Source of the DNA: a candidate division WOR-3 bacterium
GTDB taxonomy: Bacteria > Hydrothermota > Tepidihabitantia > Tepidihabitantales > Tepidihabitantaceae
Direction of reading: 5' to 3'
Assembly: GCA_965649295.1 (NCBI GenBank)
Contig: CBFGKH010000003.1
Location: 128,001 to 192,000, forward strand
DNA: 64,000 bases
Positions within the stretch are counted from its first letter, which is position 1, and every line of letters begins with the position of its first letter. Shown here piece by piece: positions 9,411-18,770 of this stretch. A model generated the notes under the pieces. It was not told where the DNA came from, searched no databases, and was given only the letters and a program-made list of their open reading frames with translations. The translations under genes were made by a program, and so were the position numbers.

Positions 9411-12281
9411 ATGAGAATCTCTTTCATTTGCCATCTTGGCCTTGTACTGCTGCTGGCAGGCATCGCTCTCGGTGCCAACACTGGCTCGATTCAGGGCAAG
9501 GTCACTGACCGAGCCACAGGCGAGGCGCTGGTCGGTGCCAGCGTCGTAGTCGAAGGTACCGACCTTGGAGCTGCCACTGATGCCAACGGTCAGTATCTCA
9601 TTATTAACATTCCGCCTGGCCGATACACCATCACTGTCTCATACATGGGCTACAACGACACCAAGGTGACGAACGTCCTAGTCGTCCAAGACCTCACTGT
9701 CACCGTTGATGTCAAGCTCAGTCACACCGTCATTGACATCGGCAAGACGGTGAACGTTCTAGCCAAACGCCAAGACATGGTTCAACGCCAAGCCGTATCG
9801 GTTGAACGTATCATCACCGATGACGAGTTCAAACGCCTACCAGTCACTGACATCCGTGACATCGTCGCCCTACAGGCTGGTGTAACGCGAATCGGCAATC
9901 AGACTTTCATCCGCGGCGGCCGGTCTGATGATGTTGCCTATCTTGTTGACGGCGTTTCCGCCGGTAATGCGCTAACCGGCGACCTGTCGCGCGCGCCCAA
10001 ACCGACCACCGACGCACTATCGAGCGTCGTCGTCATCACTGGCGGGTTCGACGCTGAGTATGGTCAGGCGATGTCCGGAATTATCAAGGCGGTGACTAAG
10101 GAAGGCTCGGCCCGTACGAGCGGCCGAGTCCGCTACGTTACTGATGAGATCTTCCCGGAAAAGACCGGCTACAACTACGGCTACAACCGCGTCACCTTTT
10201 CTCTTGGTGGCCCAACCCCGCTCTACAACCGACTTCGCTACTTCGTGTCCACCGAATTCTTCCGTACCGATGACGCCCGCGACATCCGTTGGAAAGTTAA
10301 GGCACCACGGGCCGAGTACGCCGTTGATGGCAAACTGACTATGCAGCTACCAAAGAGTTTCGCTCTGACGCGCGAAGGGCTAAAACTGACTCTCGATGGC
10401 TATCATTCAAACTACGAGTGGCAGGAATACGGCCATATTCGCTCCTACCATATTCGGTCCCTGCCATCTAACCGCGTACGCAGTAGTCGCGGTAACATCA
10501 CCATCAACCATATGCTCTCACCCTCCACCGTCTATGAAGCCAAAGTTGGCGCCTTCACAACCGGTGTCATGTACGCCGTCCGCAACTATGCGGCTGAGGC
10601 TGCCGATACCGTTGGCTTCTGGGGATTCCTACGGCGAACTGGTATCTGGAACCGGATGTTCTTCCGCGCCGAAGACTGGGTACTGGATTACGGCCGTTAC
10701 AACGAATACCTGCGCCAGCACGGCCGCGATACGATTGCCAGTCGCCGCGACGCCGTGCTCAGACTCTACGAGTCCTTCTGGCTGGATGCCAACGGCAATC
10801 CGGTCTACGCCTATCCTGGCCAGAACTTCATGCAGGAATACGCCAACATCTACAACCCATACGGCGTCGCCGGATTGTTTATCACCGAGGGTGACTACCG
10901 ACTCTGGCAATACAATCAGACCGATCAGGTGCTGGTCAAATTTGACCTGACTCGAACCATCAACAAGGTACATGAAGTCAAGACTGGTATCGACTTCACC
11001 CAGTACGACCTCCAGATGCTCAACAACTCGCTGCCCTGGGACGCCAACCCATTCTGGGACGGCTACAACTACAAACCGATTACTTTTGCTGCCTACGTGC
11101 AAGACCGGGCCGATTTCGAAGACCTCGTCGTCAGAGCCGGTGTCCGCTATGACCTGCTCGACTCCAAGGCCAAGGTGCGAGCATTCCCCGAATCGCTAGG
11201 TGCCCGTGACGAGATAGCTGACTCGATGATCCCTGCCGGCGTAAAGTCAAGGCTCTCCCCTCGACTTGGCATTTCCTATCCGATTACCGAACGCATCAAG
11301 TTCCGGTTCTCTTACGGTCACTTCTTCAAGAATCCGGTACTCGATAATCTCTACACCTATGCCGACCGCACCGCCGCTGAACTTCGGGCCCGCGGCAACC
11401 TGATTGTCGGTAATGCCGACATGGGTGCGGAAAAGACGATTGCCTACGAAATCGGTTTCGATGCTCAGCTCTCGGACGTGTTCCAGTTCGACATGACTGC
11501 CTTCTACAAGGATGTTTTCGACCTGACCGGTGTTCGCGTGGTTAACGCCCTACCCCAGCCCTACTCGATGTTCTACAACGTCGAATACGCCCGTATCCAG
11601 GGCTTTGAGGCAACGCTGACCAAGCAGCTTGACCAGTACTGGTCAGCCGGACTGGGCTACACATTCCAGATTGCCAAAGGAACCGCCTCTGACGCCTATG
11701 ACCAGTACTTGCGTGACACGCCACGCAAGCTCGACTATTACCTCGACCAGGACCAGCGTCATTCAATCCGCGGCGATCTCACCTTCGCCTTTCCCAGTGA
11801 CTTCGGCTTTGTCCCAATGCGCGACTTCGAAGTCTCCGGCGTCGTCGCCTACGGCTCCGGTTTGCCGTATTCGCCCCAGGACCAGCGCGGTAACCAAATT
11901 GGTCTGACGAATTCTGGCCGAATGCCGGCCAACCACTCGGTTGACGCTCGTGTGTCAAAGAATCTGCGACTAGGTGGCCTCGGCTTGGCTCTCAACCTCG
12001 ATATCTCCAATGTCCTCAACACCGAAAACGTCGTCCGAGTCCATCCCCAGACAGGCTTGCCCAATACTAACGGCCGGGTCATTACCGAATACGAGGTTTG
12101 GTACGGTGGCATGTTTGGCGACTATGGTTACCATCCGGCCCGCGACTACAACCACGACGGTTACATCTCCCGCGCCGAGGCCTATCATTCATTCCTGCGG
12201 GCGTATCGCGACCGCTATGACCTACCCACCTACTACGGCCCACCGCGCAAGATTCGGCTCGGGCTCAGTCTGTCCTTTTAG
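9411..12281 (+). CDS. TonB-dependent-receptor-like outer-membrane barrel with carboxypeptidase-regulatory-like N-terminal domain
   Basis: GSIQGKVTD..GEALVGASV, plug IRGGR..VAYLVDG, GGFDAEYG, SPRLGISY, C-terminal LSLSF. Confidence 0.9.
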   Translation: MRISFICHLGLVLLLAGIALGANTGSIQGKVTDRATGEALVGASVVVEGTDLGAATDANGQYLIINIPPGRYTITVSYMGYNDTKVTNVLVVQDLTVTVDVKLSHTVIDIGKTVNVLAKRQDMVQRQAVSVERIITDDEFKRLPVTDIRDIVALQAGVTRIGNQTFIRGGRSDDVAYLVDGVSAGNALTGDLSRAPKPTTDALSSVVVITGGFDAEYGQAMSGIIKAVTKEGSARTSGRVRYVTDEIFPEKTGYNYGYNRVTFSLGGPTPLYNRLRYFVSTEFFRTDDARDIRWKVKAPRAEYAVDGKLTMQLPKSFALTREGLKLTLDGYHSNYEWQEYGHIRSYHIRSLPSNRVRSSRGNITINHMLSPSTVYEAKVGAFTTGVMYAVRNYAAEAADTVGFWGFLRRTGIWNRMFFRAEDWVLDYGRYNEYLRQHGRDTIASRRDAVLRLYESFWLDANGNPVYAYPGQNFMQEYANIYNPYGVAGLFITEGDYRLWQYNQTDQVLVKFDLTRTINKVHEVKTGIDFTQYDLQMLNNSLPWDANPFWDGYNYKPITFAAYVQDRADFEDLVVRAGVRYDLLDSKAKVRAFPESLGARDEIADSMIPAGVKSRLSPRLGISYPITERIKFRFSYGHFFKNPVLDNLYTYADRTAAELRARGNLIVGNADMGAEKTIAYEIGFDAQLSDVFQFDMTAFYKDVFDLTGVRVVNALPQPYSMFYNVEYARIQGFEATLTKQLDQYWSAGLGYTFQIAKGTASDAYDQYLRDTPRKLDYYLDQDQRHSIRGDLTFAFPSDFGFVPMRDFEVSGVVAYGSGLPYSPQDQRGNQIGLTNSGRMPANHSVDARVSKNLRLGGLGLALNLDISNVLNTENVVRVHPQTGLPNTNGRVITEYEVWYGGMFGDYGYHPARDYNHDGYISRAEAYHSFLRAYRDRYDLPTYYGPPRKIRLGLSLSF

Positions 12282-12290
12282 GAGACCAGC

Positions 12291-15212
12291 ATGAAAAGTC
12301 TAAGACTGCCTATCTTCAGATTCGGACTGCTCCTGCTTGCGGTTGCTGGCTTCGCCCTCGCGCGAACGGCAGCTCAGCCGCCATCCGGCCAGCGCATTTA
12401 CGATACAAAGTGGCTGAACATCAACAAGTGGCTTTGCCCGTTCTACAACGACGGCAAGTATGGTATCGACCTAACGTCTGGCGGCGACGCCGGCGGATCC
12501 TGGCCGCAGCCATTCAAGAACTGCTACATATTCGGGGCGGGCATGTGGTTTGGCTCACTCAAGCCTAATCCCAATGATACTTCCAAAGTGGACACGCTGG
12601 TCACGTTTGGGTACAACCCGAACTCCGGCGGCACCGAAATGACACCGACGATCACTGCCTTTGCTGATCAAGGTGCCGGTTCCACCGACGACCGGGTTTA
12701 CATGTACCCAACGGACTGGCAGATTCCCCGCGAACGTTGGATCAACGCTTATCCTGGCGACACGATGATCGATCTCCTCGTGCCTCGTGAGAACTTCTCG
12801 CTTCAGGATATGTGGTGTGCCTACTCCGATGTTCTTCCTGAAAACCACATCTCCCCGGGCAAACCGCAGGGCATTGATATCTTCCAGACAGTCTATGCCT
12901 GGAACTACCCGGCCAATCAAGATATCTTCTTCATCATCTACCACGTCCGCAATTCAGGCACAGACACTCTGAAAGAGTGCTACATCGGTGCAGTGATGGA
13001 CGCCGATGTCGGCGCTGCAGCCGACGATATGGTCGGGCTTCTACTCAACAACTACGTACCAGGGATGGACACTTCGCGCTACCCGACCGTTACTAACGTC
13101 GGCTACGTCGGCGACTATGACAATCAGGAGAATCGCGGTTCGACATGGGAGCAAGGAACACCTGGCGTCTTCGCCTACAAGTTCCTTGCCTCGCCGCGTG
13201 GTGCCAACGGTCGCGAGTTGGGGATGACTGCGTTCAAGAAGTTCACGATTGACATCGACCCCGTGACTGATCCGGCCCAGTACTTAACAATGGCAGGCTA
13301 CGACTACCGCACCGGCGTCTACTCGGCCTACGATTCGATTGACCTCGCCCCAGCCGACAAACGGTTTATCCAGTGCTCTGGCCCATTCACGCTCGCTCCT
13401 GGCCAAGTCGAGCGACTAGTGGTAGCAGCCATCGGCGCCCCGTTCGGTGGCCCACGTCAAACCTGGAACGCCCGCCCAGCTGATTCACTCGTCCACCTTG
13501 CGAACGTTGCCAATGCCGCTCAGTACATCTTCGACCAGAACTGGCTGCTGCCTGCGCCGCCGCTCGCACCCAATGTCACTCTGATCCCGGGTGACAATCA
13601 GGTGCGGATTATCTGGGACGACCTGCCCGAGCGTACACCTGACCCCTACTGGCAGCGCGTGGTCGGTGACCCGAACTCACCAGCCTATGACTCGGTTTAT
13701 ATAGGCTATGACTTCCAAGGCTACATGCTCTTGAAATCGCGTGACGGCGCAACCTGGACCACACTGGCCCAGTACGACAAAAACGACTCGTTCCCACGAC
13801 CGCCCGAGACTCTGTTCGTATATGCACCCGGCGGTGACACAATCAATCCTATCCGGATGCGCAACAACGGACTGCGCTACACCTATACCGACAACGACGT
13901 CACCAACGGCTTCACCTACTACTACTGCGTCCTCGCCTATGACTGGAACTATCAGACGAACATTCAACCTGGCCGCACCCGCGACACCCTTATCCTCCGC
14001 TCCGGCATCGTGTCGAATATTTCAACTGTTCCTCGCTGGGAACCAGCCAACTACATCCAACCCGAGGGCCGAATCCTAACTGCCTCGGGTGACACCGTTG
14101 CCCCCGGCTTGAGAATGCGTCTGAGTGTTGCCGCACCGTTTCTTGTGACCAGCGACACCTACGAACTTCGGTTCGACCCACCGGTCCATCGTGGCGGCAA
14201 CACATCTGGCGCCAAGACAGTCACCTACAACTACGCCTTGCTTCGTCCTGACACGATCGGCTTTGATACGGTCACAACAGGCTCGATTCCTTACACACTG
14301 GACCAGCGCGTGGTATTCTGGTTGCCGGTATTCAATGGTTTCGATGTTGCCTGCACTCTGCGCGTCAACACCCCAACTCAGGTCTTTGACACTATTTTCA
14401 GTTCCAACCCATTCTTCGAAACCCGAGCGCGGCCTTCGGGGGCGGCCAATCAGGGCTACTGGGCGTTCCGCGGCTCAACCTATCGTATTGAGTGGGGCAT
14501 GGACCCGACAAACACCTACAAGACCGCCCGTGTCTTCGACGAAACCCATAACGGTCTTGAGGTACTGGCACGGCGCTACAATGCGACCGGCACCAATGAT
14601 TCGGCTGATGGCTGGTGCTTTGTTGACCGACTGTTCCGGTCATCCCGCGACACACTCAAATCCGGTTCATACCGAATCTACATCTGCGGCGGCTATCTGA
14701 CGCTCAATGCCGGTGACTCGATTGGTGCGCTGATTGACTCAATCCGACCCGGAGACGTCTGGACTGCGGTCGGCCGTGTCAATAGCTCATTCCCTTCGGC
14801 CCCGAGCTACAATCGCTACCGCTTCATCCCCAAACCAGGAATCGCCGACGTCACCAAGACATATCAGCTCGACGTGAAGGTCGTGCCCAATCCGTACATC
14901 GTCTTCAATGGATGGGAACGCTCAACTGAGCAACGGGTAGTCAAGTTCACCCACCTGCCTGACGAGTGCACCATCCGCATCTACACAACCTCCGGTGACC
15001 TGGTCAAGACGATCCATCATAAGAGCCGCAGTCCTGGTGTTCAGAAAGACCAGCCACTGGCCGCTGGTGGCACTGCGACTTGGGACTTCACCAACGAATC
15101 GCCAGGCATGGCTGCCGGTTCCGCCGGCCAGTCAATTGCTTCGGGCGTTTACATCTGGCACGTCGAATCAGCAGTCGGCGAACAAGTCGGCAAGCTGGTC
15201 GTAATCTACTAG
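12291..15212 (+). CDS. Large exported protein with FN3-like region and T9SS-type C-terminal domain
   Basis: Signal peptide; PAPP.APNV..GDNQV.IIWD, YTYTD.DVTNG.TYYY; VVPNPY..TIRIYT..GDLV..WD..SGVYI. Confidence 0.8.
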   Translation: MKSLRLPIFRFGLLLLAVAGFALARTAAQPPSGQRIYDTKWLNINKWLCPFYNDGKYGIDLTSGGDAGGSWPQPFKNCYIFGAGMWFGSLKPNPNDTSKVDTLVTFGYNPNSGGTEMTPTITAFADQGAGSTDDRVYMYPTDWQIPRERWINAYPGDTMIDLLVPRENFSLQDMWCAYSDVLPENHISPGKPQGIDIFQTVYAWNYPANQDIFFIIYHVRNSGTDTLKECYIGAVMDADVGAAADDMVGLLLNNYVPGMDTSRYPTVTNVGYVGDYDNQENRGSTWEQGTPGVFAYKFLASPRGANGRELGMTAFKKFTIDIDPVTDPAQYLTMAGYDYRTGVYSAYDSIDLAPADKRFIQCSGPFTLAPGQVERLVVAAIGAPFGGPRQTWNARPADSLVHLANVANAAQYIFDQNWLLPAPPLAPNVTLIPGDNQVRIIWDDLPERTPDPYWQRVVGDPNSPAYDSVYIGYDFQGYMLLKSRDGATWTTLAQYDKNDSFPRPPETLFVYAPGGDTINPIRMRNNGLRYTYTDNDVTNGFTYYYCVLAYDWNYQTNIQPGRTRDTLILRSGIVSNISTVPRWEPANYIQPEGRILTASGDTVAPGLRMRLSVAAPFLVTSDTYELRFDPPVHRGGNTSGAKTVTYNYALLRPDTIGFDTVTTGSIPYTLDQRVVFWLPVFNGFDVACTLRVNTPTQVFDTIFSSNPFFETRARPSGAANQGYWAFRGSTYRIEWGMDPTNTYKTARVFDETHNGLEVLARRYNATGTNDSADGWCFVDRLFRSSRDTLKSGSYRIYICGGYLTLNAGDSIGALIDSIRPGDVWTAVGRVNSSFPSAPSYNRYRFIPKPGIADVTKTYQLDVKVVPNPYIVFNGWERSTEQRVVKFTHLPDECTIRIYTTSGDLVKTIHHKSRSPGVQKDQPLAAGGTATWDFTNESPGMAAGSAGQSIASGVYIWHVESAVGEQVGKLVVIY

Positions 15213-15220
15213 GAGGAGAC

Positions 15221-16294
15221 GTGAAGCGCATTGCTATGGACCGATTGCCAATCACCGGCAGTGGGGCGCGTGTTCTCATTACGGTGCTCCTGCTTGTGGC
15301 TACGACCTACGCGGCGTTCTCAAAGGTCGGCACGACTGGAGCTAATTTCTTGAAGATCGGCTACGGTCGGGCTGCAGGCATGGGTGACGCCTTCTGCGCG
15401 GTTGCCGACGATGCTGGCGCCTGTTTCTTCAACCCAGCCGGGCTAGCCCAGGTTCAGCGGACTGTTCAACTCAACCACGCCGACTGGTTCGCAGACATCA
15501 ACCACGACAACGTTGCCGTCGTTCTGCCCGTAACGAACTTCGGTACCATCGCCTTCAACGTAACTGCGCTGACCATGGGTGCCATGCAGATAACGACCCT
15601 CGATAACCCTAGCACCCTACAGCGCGAGGACGAAGGCGAGGGTCTGGCGACCTTCACCGCTTCTGACTTCGCCGTCGGCGCCAGCTATGCTCGGATTATC
15701 ACCGATAAGCTCTCTTTTGGCTTCACGGCTCGCGCCGTTTCCCAGACAGTAATGGACATGGCTGCCAGCGCAGTCGGTGTTGACATTGGCCTGCACTACA
15801 ACACCGGATTCCGCTCCCTGCGCATCGGCGCAGCGGTAACAAACTTCGGTACCCAGCTGGCTTTTGCCGGTCGCCAGCTTGACTACAGCTTTTTCTGGCC
15901 GGACTCCGGCCCGGCTTCAATCCAAGGTTCATACAAGACTACACCCGCTGGTCTGCCGACATCGTTCCGTTTCGGCGTTGCCTACGACCTTGTCTCAACC
16001 GGCGCTGACCGACTCACCACCGCCATCGACCTGGTCCATCCCTCTGACATCAACGAGACAGTCCACTTCGGGTTCGAATACAACCGCAGCCAGTTCGTCT
16101 CAGCCCGGTTCGGCTACATCCTCAACACTGACACAGACTACCAAGCGAACATCGGTTGGCTAACTGGTCTTTCGGCCGGTGCCGGCATCAACGCCGACAC
16201 GCGACGCGGAGTCAAGCTCGGTCTTGACTACGGGTTCCGCTTCTACGAAAAACTCAGTCCGGTTCACCGGCTGATGTTGACAGTTGGTTTCTAG
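15221..16294 (+). CDS. PorV/PorQ family outer-membrane barrel
   Basis: KVGTTGANFLKIG..RAAGMGDAF.A.ADDA...NPAGL; LPTSFRFG; C-terminal F; GTG behind AGGAGG. Confidence 0.85.
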   Translation: MKRIAMDRLPITGSGARVLITVLLLVATTYAAFSKVGTTGANFLKIGYGRAAGMGDAFCAVADDAGACFFNPAGLAQVQRTVQLNHADWFADINHDNVAVVLPVTNFGTIAFNVTALTMGAMQITTLDNPSTLQREDEGEGLATFTASDFAVGASYARIITDKLSFGFTARAVSQTVMDMAASAVGVDIGLHYNTGFRSLRIGAAVTNFGTQLAFAGRQLDYSFFWPDSGPASIQGSYKTTPAGLPTSFRFGVAYDLVSTGADRLTTAIDLVHPSDINETVHFGFEYNRSQFVSARFGYILNTDTDYQANIGWLTGLSAGAGINADTRRGVKLGLDYGFRFYEKLSPVHRLMLTVGF

Positions 16295-18467
16295 CCCTGG
16301 AATCGTTCTAAGAGCAGGGGCGCGGTTCGCCGCGCCCCTGCTCTCTCTCAATCAGTCTCATCGTTGCACGTTACCTTTATTCATCATCGGTGCTCTGTTG
16401 AGCTGCTTTCCGCCACCAGCGGCCGCTGCCAAATGGACAGTTGGCATCTACATGGCTGCCGACAATAGCTTAGCTAGCCAGTCGGCAACTGACCTCGATG
16501 AAATGATGCAAGTTGGGTCAACCGCAGATGTCAATGTGGTGGTTCAGATTGACCGACCAGCCTTCGACACGCTGCCCGGGTGTCGAAGGCTGCTTATCGA
16601 GTCAGGTCGGCTGCGGACGCTAGGTGTGCTTGGCGCCGTCGATATGGCCGCACCCCAGACTCTGGGCGACTTTGCCACTTTTCTTGCTAGAAACTTCCCG
16701 GCGCAGAACTATGCGCTTGTGATCTGGGACCACGGCAACGGCTGGACATTCGACTCCGCCTCGCACCCGAAACACCGTTCGGTCATCATTGACCTATCCA
16801 GCAGCCAGACCCTAAGTGTAGCTGAGGGTGAACTGGCCGCGGCATTGCGTCTGTGCCGGAGTGCACTTGGCCGGCGCATCCGGGTACTCGGCTTCGATGC
16901 TTGTCTTATGATGATGGTGGAGGTAGCAGTTGAGGCCATGGATTACTGCGACTTTCTCGTTGCTGCCGAGGGTCTGGCACCGCTAGGGGGTTGGAACTAT
17001 GCCGAACTCATCCGTTCCCTCACGGCCCATGCTGCCAGTTCCGATCCCTCGCCGTGGTTGTCCGAACTCTGTGCCAGCTATGTCGCTCAGTATCCGCACG
17101 AGGACGTGACACTCGCAGCTATCAACCTCAGGCAGCTTGCTTCTCTGCTCAATCGAATGGCTGTGACGGTAGCCGGTCTCGGTCCGGACTCAGTCGTGCG
17201 CCAGGCACGACTGTTGGCGCAGTCTTTCCCTGACTCGCCACGTTCACCCAGTCCTCTTGATGAACAGCTCGACCTGATCCATTTCCTTCATCTTGCCCAA
17301 CAGCCATTAGCCGTCGCGCTCGAATCCTGTGTGGTCGCCTGCGCCACTGCCGGCCGACTGAGCCAGGCCCACGGCCTTGCCTGCTGGTTTCCGCTCCGCT
17401 ACCTCACGCTGAAATACAACTACCAGTCCTACCGCGGACTCGGCTTCAGCAAACAGGTACCCTGGCTTCAGTTTGTGAATCGTTTCCTCGGCCGGGACGA
17501 TATCGCCCCGACGACTCCACAACTCAGCCTTGCCAGCCGCGGTTCCAACCGGGTCTCATTGCACTGGACTGGCTCCTTTGACCTGGCGCCGGTTTCCTAC
17601 CGGGTATTGCAGTGCAACACCCAGACTCTGCTGCGGAACGATCCCTGCGAGTCGCTTGCCGACTGGCGAGCCACTGGCTGGAGTCTGTCCGGTACTAACC
17701 CTCGTTCGGGCAACTACTGTTTTGCCTCCGGGTCCGGTCCAAACCGTAATGACACCCTCGAATTGACTTGGTCTGACCATCCAGCTCATCTCGCTCAATT
17801 CTGGACAAGATTCCACACCCTCGAAACCGAGGACTCCACCGGCATCACACGTGACATCTGTCTATTCGAATGTCTCGGTGATCATGGGTGGCAGCCAGTT
17901 GACTCCCTATTCGGCCGCCAGGACTCCTGGCTTTGCTGTCGCTATCTCCTGCCTGGCGTCTTGGGCATCCGATTCGCCTACCGAACCCGATCAGCAGTCG
18001 GCAGCAGCAACATTCGCATTGACGACCTCAGCCTTTACTCGCTGCCCGGCCTTGTCCCAGCAACACCCATCCAGACCGACACCTTTGCCCTGCTTGATGG
18101 CCTAGAACGAAACCCGAACGGCTACTTCTTCTACGTAACCGCATCGGACAGCTTCGGTAACAGGGCCATGCTTAGCGAGCCCAAACAGAGCAGGCCGGTT
18201 CTTGACTACGCTCCCCCCTACACCATACCTGCTCCGTTTAGAGACTCTTGTCTCATCTTCGTTGACAGTCCGACCGGCCAGTTCGAGCTGACCATCTTCA
18301 CGGTCTCAGGCAATCGCGTTCGCCACTATCCCAAAGCATCCTCGCCGATACACTGGGACGGCAAGAACGAAAACGGGCAGCCAGTAGCCGATGGTATCTA
18401 CCTTGTCACAGCTGCTGGCCCAGGATTTCGGACCATCGGTCCAATCGCCCAAGTCAAACGCAATTAG
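16284..18467 (+). CDS. Clostripain-like (C11) cysteine peptidase with FlgD-type C-terminal domain; start unresolved
   Basis: WTVGIYMAADNSL, WDHGNG (His), FDACLM (Cys), C-terminal WDGKNENG..VADGIY. Confidence 0.85.
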   Translation: MVSSPGIVLRAGARFAAPLLSLNQSHRCTLPLFIIGALLSCFPPPAAAAKWTVGIYMAADNSLASQSATDLDEMMQVGSTADVNVVVQIDRPAFDTLPGCRRLLIESGRLRTLGVLGAVDMAAPQTLGDFATFLARNFPAQNYALVIWDHGNGWTFDSASHPKHRSVIIDLSSSQTLSVAEGELAAALRLCRSALGRRIRVLGFDACLMMMVEVAVEAMDYCDFLVAAEGLAPLGGWNYAELIRSLTAHAASSDPSPWLSELCASYVAQYPHEDVTLAAINLRQLASLLNRMAVTVAGLGPDSVVRQARLLAQSFPDSPRSPSPLDEQLDLIHFLHLAQQPLAVALESCVVACATAGRLSQAHGLACWFPLRYLTLKYNYQSYRGLGFSKQVPWLQFVNRFLGRDDIAPTTPQLSLASRGSNRVSLHWTGSFDLAPVSYRVLQCNTQTLLRNDPCESLADWRATGWSLSGTNPRSGNYCFASGSGPNRNDTLELTWSDHPAHLAQFWTRFHTLETEDSTGITRDICLFECLGDHGWQPVDSLFGRQDSWLCCRYLLPGVLGIRFAYRTRSAVGSSNIRIDDLSLYSLPGLVPATPIQTDTFALLDGLERNPNGYFFYVTASDSFGNRAMLSEPKQSRPVLDYAPPYTIPAPFRDSCLIFVDSPTGQFELTIFTVSGNRVRHYPKASSPIHWDGKNENGQPVADGIYLVTAAGPGFRTIGPIAQVKRN
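16311..16344 (+). terminator. 15-bp perfect hairpin after the PorV-like gene
   Basis: AGAGCAGGGGCGCGG-TTCG-CCGCGCCCCTGCTCT. Confidence 0.65.
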
Positions 18468-18494
18468 CCTGGTTCTTCAAGAAGCTGGCAGCAC

Positions 18495-18587
18495 TCGCTA
18501 GCTGACGAACCGACTGCTGTCGGCAAGAGGTCTTTGCTAACCGCCGACAAGAGGATTGAACCAGAAACTGCCTAGTGGTCTTTGCCG
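18495..18587. repeat. Degenerate 12/24-bp-periodic intergenic repeat
   Basis: Three 24-mers at 18516/18540/18564 (CAAGAGGTCTTTGC, CAAGAGGATTGAAC, CTAGTGGTCTTTGC) plus TCGCTAGCTGAC. Confidence 0.5.
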
Positions 18588-18770
18588 TAAAGGGCTGACA
18601 GTCTGACCGCAGCAGTCAGATTGACAATCGCAGTTCCCAACCGTTGCGTCCTTGGTATAGCGGCTGACTATCGACCATTGCGCACCGGGCCGACTGGGCA
18701 TCTCTGGCCACCTTGACAAATACTGCAATAATACTATATTCGCTGCGCCGCAACGCGGCAAGGAGGTAGT

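Noticed and set aside
15080..15220. Long N-terminal extensions in the ORF track (15080, 32826, 33595, 44887, 50629, 57543, 59318)
   Set aside because: Downstream starts with SD, promoter or family-consistent N-termini fit better
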